From a virus: a stretch of DNA of 64,000 nucleotides. Of the stretch, positions 56,352 through 64,000 are shown piece by piece. The notes beneath the pieces are model-generated. The model had not been told where the DNA came from. It was given only the letters and a program-made list of their open reading frames with translations, and did not search any database. Position numbers and translations under genes: made by a program. The stretch is taken from positions 1 to 64,000 of IMG/VR virus record IMGVR_UViG_3300025120_014916. One strand, 5' to 3'. Position 1 is the stretch's first letter. Each line of letters opens with the position of its first letter.

Positions 56352-58732
56352 TAAAAATCCTGTTTAAGTCTGATAATAAATTCATCTTCCTCAGTCTTTG
56401 GAATCGGTTGAGAAAAATTTGCCTTCATTATAATATTAAAGTTATCATCATGAATGTTAACTGCTGAAATGTAAACAGTTGTTAAATCTCTATCAGAAAC
56501 AGCATTTGTTGGGGGATTAGGTCTAAATGTTTTATTGCTCGAGCTATTTATCTGGCCTTTTTCACAAGGTACGTTTAATATCATTGTGTGAATGTTTTGA
56601 TCACCTTTAAACTTTATATCTGTCTTGTCTTTTCCAAAATAAGGCAGGTGAGGGGTTTTTAAAACAACCATACCTTCATGATAAAATATGTCACCAATAT
56701 TATTCCATCTTGCTTGTTTTGTTTTACAATCTGCCCTGTAAAGACTTCCAGCACCATTGTCTTTAATCTTTATTTTTATCTTGCCTTCTGATCCTGTCAA
56801 GTTTTCATCATATATTTCTAAAGTCTCTTCTGTTATTTTGTTACCATAATACAGATTAGATATGTCAAAAATAGTTGTTTCATTACTGGAAAGATCTCTT
56901 GTTCTTTGAGCTATTGTAAGAACGCTACCCGGAGCTGATCCGGGGTTTTCCGGGCTAGCTCCAACTATTTGATCAAAGATAGACCCAGCTTGGAAAACTA
57001 ATCCTGGGTACAAAGAAGACGCAGGAATCAAGTCATCTAAATTTATCCTGCCATAATCTACTACACTTCCATTGTTAACATAAGACAAGCTAGCACTTTG
57101 CGCAGATATCGAAAGCGGATAATAGTCAGGATAAAACAGACCATTATCACATGGCAGCAGTGAAAGATTTCTCTTTTTTAGTGAGCCGGTGTTATAGACA
57201 AAGTCATCAGCAGTTATGTTTAATACAGTTTCTGTCATAACAGAACCGGTTAGCGATTGCAATCTCGGGTATTCGCCTTTTATAAATTCTCTTACAAAAT
57301 TTTCTAAATTTATCATCTTGCCGCCTACTCCAAAAGAGTACGCAGTATTAATAGGATCGTCTGTCTTTGTCTTTATTGTCTGAAAAGGCGTGACAATAAC
57401 TTCTCTTGTTCTCGAGTCAGGATAAAAGAAGGGGGGCACATAAAATATAAGATCAGAATACAAACTATCATCTGACACATCACAGCCTTCTTTAGTTGTC
57501 TTGACTTGATTGACACCTTGAATCGCTAGATTGTTTATTTCATGCGGGTTTAAAGCGCGCTTGAATAGCTTAACATCATGTAATTCTGCATTTAGCGGAT
57601 GATTTAATAAACTTTCTTGATTTAAAGGCTCACTTGAAATAGAAGTCAATTGCGTTAAACCTTGAGCTACAGAAACTGTCGAGTTAAAAAATGTTTCGGC
57701 TACTGAAGGGCTACCATTGTAGTAATTACCAATGCATATTATTTTATTATTACTAGTTGTAATAGAACTAGAAGGGATATGAAAATCAGTGTAATTTTTG
57801 TCAATACCAATACTGCCTGATGCATTATTAAAATTTGGATCCCAGTACACAGTTACATGATGCCAATTATTCTTTCTTAAAGCAAAAGAGGAAGTAAATA
57901 TCAAATCACTTTGACCATTAATGTTATTTAAATTTATACTTGCAGGCGTAATGTCAGCACTATGACTAAGTTGTAATAATATTTTATAATCATCAACTAG
58001 ATTATACTCATCTCTCAAAGAGCCTGTAACTAAACTTACAGCAATTGACGATGACATGTGAAATATTGTTCCTGCTGAAAACTCAGCGCTGGGTGTTACA
58101 TTGTCATACCTGGGATTGATCCAGAAATCAAGTGTAAACCCAGCTGATGGGTTGTACACATCATTTTTGTTTGGGTAGATTAAACAACTATCGTCGGGAG
58201 TATTGTTTGTTGTATAAAAATTAAGACAGTTAAAGTTTGTATAGTGTATTCCAGAGTCTGGATATCTGTGTTTGTGATATGGGTATAATATGTTGTTTAA
58301 ATTTCGTTTAACAACATGGTTTAAATTAAACTTTAAAGGTGTGTCAAATCTAAAAATATCAAGAAGTTTGGAAAATCTAATGTTTTTCGGTGCTTTGTTT
58401 GATGCATCTAAATACTCAGACATGTGACTATGTATGTCAATACCCGGAGATGAGTATTTAGATGCAGATGTGATTGTTTTTACTTTTGCATCACTTAAAA
58501 CATTATCAATATTAAAATCTAACTCGTTAAACGCAATATTATCTTTTTTTAAATTGACCTCAGTGATATTATCACTAGCAATATTGCGAATACATTTTGA
58601 TCTTATAGGTGAAACATAAACACTACCAGTCGCAGGTATTTCTCCGATTGAAGAAGAAATGAAATGTACCTGTGGTCTGGTTTTGATAGTTGTTGTTTCA
58701 AACAATTCACGTGATAGTTTAATAAAGGACAT
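56351..58732 (-). CDS. LamG / concanavalin-A-like domain virion protein
   Basis: FTLDFWINP...NWHHVTV...LHDVKLFKRAL; C-terminal module shared with the upstream gene. Confidence 0.65.
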   Translation of the reverse strand: MSFIKLSRELFETTTIKTRPQVHFISSSIGEIPATGSVYVSPIRSKCIRNIASDNITEVNLKKDNIAFNELDFNIDNVLSDAKVKTITSASKYSSPGIDIHSHMSEYLDASNKAPKNIRFSKLLDIFRFDTPLKFNLNHVVKRNLNNILYPYHKHRYPDSGIHYTNFNCLNFYTTNNTPDDSCLIYPNKNDVYNPSAGFTLDFWINPRYDNVTPSAEFSAGTIFHMSSSIAVSLVTGSLRDEYNLVDDYKILLQLSHSADITPASINLNNINGQSDLIFTSSFALRKNNWHHVTVYWDPNFNNASGSIGIDKNYTDFHIPSSSITTSNNKIICIGNYYNGSPSVAETFFNSTVSVAQGLTQLTSISSEPLNQESLLNHPLNAELHDVKLFKRALNPHEINNLAIQGVNQVKTTKEGCDVSDDSLYSDLIFYVPPFFYPDSRTREVIVTPFQTIKTKTDDPINTAYSFGVGGKMINLENFVREFIKGEYPRLQSLTGSVMTETVLNITADDFVYNTGSLKKRNLSLLPCDNGLFYPDYYPLSISAQSASLSYVNNGSVVDYGRINLDDLIPASSLYPGLVFQAGSIFDQIVGASPENPGSAPGSVLTIAQRTRDLSSNETTIFDISNLYYGNKITEETLEIYDENLTGSEGKIKIKIKDNGAGSLYRADCKTKQARWNNIGDIFYHEGMVVLKTPHLPYFGKDKTDIKFKGDQNIHTMILNVPCEKGQINSSSNKTFRPNPPTNAVSDRDLTTVYISAVNIHDDNFNIIMKANFSQPIPKTEEDEFIIRLKQDF

Positions 58733-58733
58733 A

Positions 58734-59939
58734 TTAAAAATCTAGTCTGACTCTCATAGTAAGGTCTTTTTCATCATTTTTCTCAACAGGCCTACTTAAT
58801 TTTGAAACTGCCAACAATTGCTCATTTGCATCATAAAGTCCTACTGTTGTTATAAAAGAAAAAGCTTTTTGGATTGATTGTTGCGATTCGTCAATTACTA
58901 CAATTCTACCTTCAGAATCTGTGTAAGTTGGATTTGAAGAGAAGTTAAATTCATCTGCTGTAGCTCTACAAAATATCAAGGTTGAATTGATTTGTGTATT
59001 GTTTTGAAAAGTTAAAAATGTTTGTGAACCGCTTCCAAATCTTGTGGTTGCAAAATGATCTATACAATCATCCATCGATGCTGACACGATAAAGTTTGGA
59101 ATTAGCTTATCTTCCATTACCACTTTGCCACTCGCAGCGCCCACAGCATTAATAGAACCGCTTATTAATTGAGAGCCTGAACAGATTTTTTCAATGTCAA
59201 GCACTACTATACCTTTTTGATAGAATATTAATCCTAATGTTTCTGATGTGTTTGAACTATTAACAATGTTGCCCACATCTCCACCAAAGCTTGATCTTTC
59301 AATACTGCTAGCAGCGCCTACGTCTGTTAGTATAATAGAACCGCTAATTGAAGAATTGAAGACGTTACTCTGGCCGCCTACAGGTAGTGCACCATCTTCA
59401 GCCTTCTCTGCTGCTGATGCGCTTCGATACATCCTCATTGCAAATGTTTCTCGCTTAATTCCATCACGGACAAATAATCTTTTAAAGTTAAGAAAAAGTG
59501 CTGTATCAATCTTATCAGCATCAGTTGCACTACCAAAAGGAGCTGTGAACTGTTGTGTATTATCTCCTAATAAATCCTGTGTAAACTGATTATAAACTGC
59601 AACTTTCTCTCTCATCATTAATGACTTACTAGGGAATAGAAGCTTGTCATTAATGTCAGTGCCTGTAGATGAATTAGTAACTATATCGGAAGTTTTAAAC
59701 ACACCCAATGTTATGTCAAACAACTCATTTGATGTTTGAAGTGTAAAGTCTTGATCGTAAACTGTCTGATAGATAGAGCTAGTGACGCCTGGATCTGCTG
59801 TTGTTCCCGTCACAAAAACTTTAAACTTTTTTCTAGTTAGTGATCCGGATATATCTTCTTCAACAAAATCTATTAACTGATTTAACGTTGATCTTGTGGT
59901 TTTAATATCAGCGCTTGATATTGTTTTAAAAGTTGCCAT
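58734..59939 (-). CDS. Putative baseplate / structural protein
   Basis: EFNFSSNPTY...FITTVGLYDANEQLLAVSKLSRPVEK C-terminus. Confidence 0.55.
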   Translation of the reverse strand: MATFKTISSADIKTTRSTLNQLIDFVEEDISGSLTRKKFKVFVTGTTADPGVTSSIYQTVYDQDFTLQTSNELFDITLGVFKTSDIVTNSSTGTDINDKLLFPSKSLMMREKVAVYNQFTQDLLGDNTQQFTAPFGSATDADKIDTALFLNFKRLFVRDGIKRETFAMRMYRSASAAEKAEDGALPVGGQSNVFNSSISGSIILTDVGAASSIERSSFGGDVGNIVNSSNTSETLGLIFYQKGIVVLDIEKICSGSQLISGSINAVGAASGKVVMEDKLIPNFIVSASMDDCIDHFATTRFGSGSQTFLTFQNNTQINSTLIFCRATADEFNFSSNPTYTDSEGRIVVIDESQQSIQKAFSFITTVGLYDANEQLLAVSKLSRPVEKNDEKDLTMRVRLDF

Positions 59940-59949
59940 TATTTTTTCC

Positions 59950-60636
59950 TTATGATATTCTGCATTCTATAGTTTTTGTCAAGCCAGAATTAATACCTAT
60001 AACTTTTATATAAGTTCTTATGTAAGATGAACCAGCTACGCTGTATGTATTGAACGTGCTTGTTGCAAAAGATTTAATTCTAAGCGGTATTTTTGCTGAA
60101 ATTGAATCACCTGTTGACGATTGACTAGTTGGCATTCTATACACTGCAATATTATCTGTGTATCTTACGTCTGGTGTTTCACCAACAATACCTAAAAACA
60201 AATGATTGATTTCAACCAAAACCTCAGGATCAAGTAAATCATATTCGATTGTTGTACCCGTCTGTGAAGCAATTTCAATATTCAATGAGAGTATTGAGAC
60301 GTTTGATTTTCTATCAAATGTAATTGGATTTGTTTTTGATGTCAAAGTCAAAGTTGGCATGTGAGTCAAAAACTCATTTGATATACTCACTAGCGGATAT
60401 TTCAACCCTAAGCTTCCAACTGTCATAGCTTCCATTACAGGCGTGTTTTTTTCTATTTTTTCTTTTCCCACTGTTCTACCGAATTGTTGAATAATGCCAT
60501 AGTCAATTTCATCATCAGCTAGCGCAAATTGATATATTGAAAAAGATCCATCATTTTTTGCTAGTGCTTGTCTTCCCAAATCTGTTAAAACAGCATCAAC
60601 AATAATGTTATTTGTTGAATGATCTAAAAATCCCAT
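59950..60636 (-). CDS. Putative baseplate / structural protein
   Basis: MGFLD...VDAVLTDLGRQALA...FSIYQFALADDEIDY; preceded by ATATTTAT (60672-60679). Confidence 0.55.
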   Translation of the reverse strand: MGFLDHSTNNIIVDAVLTDLGRQALAKNDGSFSIYQFALADDEIDYGIIQQFGRTVGKEKIEKNTPVMEAMTVGSLGLKYPLVSISNEFLTHMPTLTLTSKTNPITFDRKSNVSILSLNIEIASQTGTTIEYDLLDPEVLVEINHLFLGIVGETPDVRYTDNIAVYRMPTSQSSTGDSISAKIPLRIKSFATSTFNTYSVAGSSYIRTYIKVIGINSGLTKTIECRIS

Positions 60637-60705
60637 TTCTTATATTCCTCTTTAATAATGTATTTATGCATATAAATATAACTTAGCTAAAATTTTTAGT
60701 AAAAC

Positions 60706-62754
60706 TTATTCAACGCCATATTCAAAATTTATGTTACTCTTTGAAATATTTGCAACGCTTGTTAGTTTAGGTATGCCTGATTTGTCTGCTATTTTAATAT
60801 TAACTATCTGGTCTTTCTGATTATCAATATTTAAAATTTGAATTTTATAAGTTACCTTGTCAGGATTGACTATTAAAAAATTTTGATCTTTTTCAACATT
60901 TGGTCCGGTGTTTGCTGCTGCGTTTGTTCTTGTATTAGCTTTAACGCTCTTAACAACTCTATAATACTCCGGATCAAAGAAAACTGTCATTCTGTCGTAA
61001 CCTGATGTTTTCATAGCATCTGAAAATGCATCACTTTCTAAAAGCAGGTTTGGATAAGGTTTTGGGGCGCCTTCTCCACTTATTACTACTGTTTCTATCT
61101 TATTTTTAAAATTATTATATTTTACTTCAATTTGTGCGCTAAGACTAGAGGACATTCCGTGTGCGTCTACACACGAAACTGCATAAATTGCTTTTTCACC
61201 CTTCACATAGCTAGAATCTAAAAAATCTAACTTCGGTGATTTAATTCGATACAAAACTTTTTTACTGGCAATCTCGATCGGTTCAGTTCTTATCATCGAG
61301 TCGTCAAAATCATATTCACACACAAGTGTATATGCATCTAAAATCGATGGCCTTTTAAATATTTGAAATCTTTTAATATCCCGCTGTGTATTTAAAGGAA
61401 ACTGCCAAACTATTACTGGCTTTTTTAGTCTAGGCTCTAGTCTAGCTCTTACTCTTGTTGGAGGCGGTGGAGGAATATTTTCTGTACATGTTACTGATGT
61501 TGTTATTCCCTCTGATGCCAATAAAAACTCTGCTATGCTTAGCTGATCGTATGTTGGATCATTTTCATCTGTATCTCTTAGCAAAGTTTTTACTTTGGAT
61601 ACTGTTCTTATTTTATAAACATATGTTCCGCCATATCTTACGTTCTTGTCTATTGCATATAAACCTATAGGATTGTCGATAAATAGTGGTTCTAAATTTA
61701 CAGCAGATTCGTCAGGCATTATTTCAATTCTTTGAATAATATATCCAAGCTGTGTAACTTCGTGATTAGTAACAAGCATATCACTATCTTTAATTCTGTC
61801 TAGAGGTCGGACGTCAATTGCCTTCACAGAATTTTCAAATTCGGCATCACTTATTACAAACGGATCTATTTTTACTCCTGACTGTATTTCTTCACTTGCT
61901 TCTCGCAAGCTTTCAATTTCATCTTGAAAAACTTTATCAGGAATTCTAGAAGCTGCTTTTATAATATCACTAAAAAATAAATTATTAAACTTTAAAGAAA
62001 ACGTTTGCTTTGACAACGGATCGTCTGATGTTTGCGCAATTTCAGGTGGGACGTCAGATCTTGCAAAGCTCATTCCTTCGGGCTGCATATTTGTCATTGC
62101 TTCTAAAATAAGTTTTTTTGAATTACCTGAAAGACCACCCGATTCGCGAAGTTCTTTTTCTAGTTTTGAGGCTGCTGACGCTGGAGAATCTTTTCCTGTA
62201 ACTGTATCTATAAAAGTAAAAGAACCAGAAAGCATTCTATATATTGTTTTTTCTATATTTGTATCAAGTAATTCTACTCCCGTGTGGAACTTAGAAGAGC
62301 CGGCACCTTCTATTAATAGCTTATCTAGATTGTCTCTAATTATTGTGGCAGAATTTGTTGCCAAAGATTTTGCGTAAGGATCAAGGGCAGGCTGAAAAGA
62401 AAACTTAACATATCTGGGTAGTTTGTCATTTTTAACTTGATAAAATATATCGCTTGTATTGTCTGCATCTAAATTAACTAGCTGTTCATCAGGAGAGAGT
62501 AATTTTCTTACTCTTTCGTCTCTAGTAAAATAATTATATACAAATTCAGCCCGGAGCGATTTTACCTCTGGCACATCATAAGAGAAAACTGCTCTAGATA
62601 AAAAAGATCTGGCCGGGAGTGTCTCACCAAAAAAAGCTTTTTCGACATCACTGTTTATTGAACTTGACTCGATATCCCTAGAAGTTGATCTAACATCTGG
62701 CATCATTTCGCTTTTCATAGGTATTATTTGTAAATTTTTTTTATTATTTATCAT
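60706..62754 (-). CDS. Large hypothetical structural protein with Fn3-like beta-sandwich segments
   Basis: DKNVRYGGTYVYKIR and PPPPTRV...IVWQFP...FQIFKR...YAVSCVDAHG. Confidence 0.55.
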   Translation of the reverse strand: MINNKKNLQIIPMKSEMMPDVRSTSRDIESSSINSDVEKAFFGETLPARSFLSRAVFSYDVPEVKSLRAEFVYNYFTRDERVRKLLSPDEQLVNLDADNTSDIFYQVKNDKLPRYVKFSFQPALDPYAKSLATNSATIIRDNLDKLLIEGAGSSKFHTGVELLDTNIEKTIYRMLSGSFTFIDTVTGKDSPASAASKLEKELRESGGLSGNSKKLILEAMTNMQPEGMSFARSDVPPEIAQTSDDPLSKQTFSLKFNNLFFSDIIKAASRIPDKVFQDEIESLREASEEIQSGVKIDPFVISDAEFENSVKAIDVRPLDRIKDSDMLVTNHEVTQLGYIIQRIEIMPDESAVNLEPLFIDNPIGLYAIDKNVRYGGTYVYKIRTVSKVKTLLRDTDENDPTYDQLSIAEFLLASEGITTSVTCTENIPPPPPTRVRARLEPRLKKPVIVWQFPLNTQRDIKRFQIFKRPSILDAYTLVCEYDFDDSMIRTEPIEIASKKVLYRIKSPKLDFLDSSYVKGEKAIYAVSCVDAHGMSSSLSAQIEVKYNNFKNKIETVVISGEGAPKPYPNLLLESDAFSDAMKTSGYDRMTVFFDPEYYRVVKSVKANTRTNAAANTGPNVEKDQNFLIVNPDKVTYKIQILNIDNQKDQIVNIKIADKSGIPKLTSVANISKSNINFEYGVE

Positions 62755-62781
62755 TTTGCATCTCTTATAACCTTATTGATA

Positions 62782-64000
62782 CTAATCTATTTTAGACGAT
62801 TTTAAAATTGCAACTTCAATAACAAAAGAAGATACATCTGTCTTGTTACTGTCTAGACCTTTTTTAAATTCCAATATTTTCTTTGCAGGACTATAATTGA
62901 ACATTTCATTAAAAGATGATTTACGCTGTACCTCATCCATCCCTGTTACAGTACTGAGCTTATTAGCACTTATCATTTTTTTATTTGTTAGTGTGAGAAC
63001 GGGTATAGATTCAGGCTTGTATAGAACTGTTGTGTCCATATTATCTTCTGATGTTTTAAGTACAAAGTCTCTTTCTGAAACAGGAATACTGAATATTCTT
63101 TGAAAACATTGCGTTGCTAAACAGCTTTTAAGTCGCGATTCTGATGAAAAGTACAACGTATTCCTTATTGATTTAAAAACTCTATAAAATTTTTGTGCTT
63201 CTTCCGGAATTATGTTTGCTGCTGGGTATCTATTAATAACTTCTCTTGCCAATTCCTCGTAATTTAATTTGGCCGCATCATCAACTGTTCCTTCAAATAA
63301 TACATCTCTATCGATGGGAAATAAAGTTTCAGATATATCAATTCCTGTTGTTGAATGTGTATAAAGTTTTAAATAGTGATCATAAATAAGATTTTCGAGA
63401 ATTGATTCGTATACGTCTTCATCGTATTCTGACTCTTTTTTAGCTGCTGTACTAGCATTCTCAGGCAAATCTACATCTTCGATTATTGTGATTCCGTTTA
63501 AACCAATCCCGTATCCTGGCTTAATGCTACCTGCAGTTAATATTTCAATATTTTCTTTAATATTTTTAATTGACCAATTATCATCATACTTTTCTAGGTG
63601 GTTTCCAAGCGTAAATTTACCTGGCGCTGATACCGTCTTGTAACTTTCAGAAGTTTTAAAAGAAGCTACATGCTTTGCCATATTAAATACGTAAGTTCTA
63701 GATTGATATTTTATTTGTGGATCTAGATCATTCTTTTTTGTTATATGAATAGCTATGTTGTTACTATTATAATATTCTATCTCACCTGTCTTATTATACG
63801 CCTCGTTTTGAAGTGCCTTTAGCATGCCATGAGGAATACCAATATGGAAAATGCTTTTTCTGCCAAGTAAATCATCTGTATCAGAAGTTAAACCTCTACC
63901 TTTTTCAGAAAATAACTTTGCCATAATTTTTAATTCTCTTATGTCATAGCTCTCTAGCTTAAAGTAAGGATAAACTGATATGCCTTCTGGATTTGCTAGC
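62782..64000 (-). CDS. Hypothetical protein, 5' end beyond the window
   Basis: The frame stays open from the window edge (LANPEGISVYPYFKLESYDIRELKIM...) into the track's 62782..63924 ORF. Confidence 0.75.
   Translation of the reverse strand, partial: LANPEGISVYPYFKLESYDIRELKIMAKLFSEKGRGLTSDTDDLLGRKSIFHIGIPHGMLKALQNEAYNKTGEIEYYNSNNIAIHITKKNDLDPQIKYQSRTYVFNMAKHVASFKTSESYKTVSAPGKFTLGNHLEKYDDNWSIKNIKENIEILTAGSIKPGYGIGLNGITIIEDVDLPENASTAAKKESEYDEDVYESILENLIYDHYLKLYTHSTTGIDISETLFPIDRDVLFEGTVDDAAKLNYEELAREVINRYPAANIIPEEAQKFYRVFKSIRNTLYFSSESRLKSCLATQCFQRIFSIPVSERDFVLKTSEDNMDTTVLYKPESIPVLTLTNKKMISANKLSTVTGMDEVQRKSSFNEMFNYSPAKKILEFKKGLDSNKTDVSSFVIEVAILKSSKID

Noticed and set aside
1993-62000. Plus-strand track ORFs overlapping minus-strand genes (e.g. 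8214..8579, 19718..20125, 23409..23852, 38299..38694)
   Set aside because: They are antisense shadows of well-supported genes, with Ser/Leu/Phe-rich composition, no motifs and no RBS.
1-64000. Genome-wide stop-codon reassignment (UGA=Trp or UAG=Gln)
   Set aside because: Long genes are intact in the standard code. TGA ends genes at 19446, 29028, 46619, 52503 and 55821 (two in ATGA overlaps), TAG ends several others, and Trp is encoded by TGG.
1-64000. tRNA, rRNA or CRISPR array
   Set aside because: Intergenic gaps are under about 220 nt, and none shows a cloverleaf with a T-loop or regularly spaced direct repeats.

Overview
This 64 kb AT-rich window is part of a large contractile-tailed phage genome (jumbo-myovirus-like, T4-type head and tail genes). 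All but one credible gene lie on the minus strand. Reading the minus strand from right to left: baseplate/fibre-type structural genes, RuvC-like resolvase, primase, an accessory block (Zn-ribbon protein, PAP2-Fic fusion, MoxR-type AAA ATPase, metallopeptidase-vWA), a fused SbcD-SbcC nuclease-ATPase, large terminase, portal, prohead protease, scaffold, major capsid protein, small head-associated genes, neck and tail completion genes, two tail sheath genes, tube, chaperone, tape measure, LysM and hub genes, a stand-alone PolA-like domain, SSB, RecA, 5'-3' exonuclease, DnaB-like helicase, class II ribonucleotide reductase and a partial ClpP. The strongest leads are: a shared N-terminal leader on six small proteins (candidate capsid-targeting signal); a PAP2 phosphatase-Fic fusion with all catalytic motifs intact; a pseudoknot-like RNA leader at 33326-33382; an in-frame UGA followed by a hairpin at 31348; and a probable +1/-2 frameshift in the tail chaperone. 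All calls come from motif recognition by eye. No database search or folding computation was run. I saw no tRNA, rRNA, CRISPR array, integrase or intein.
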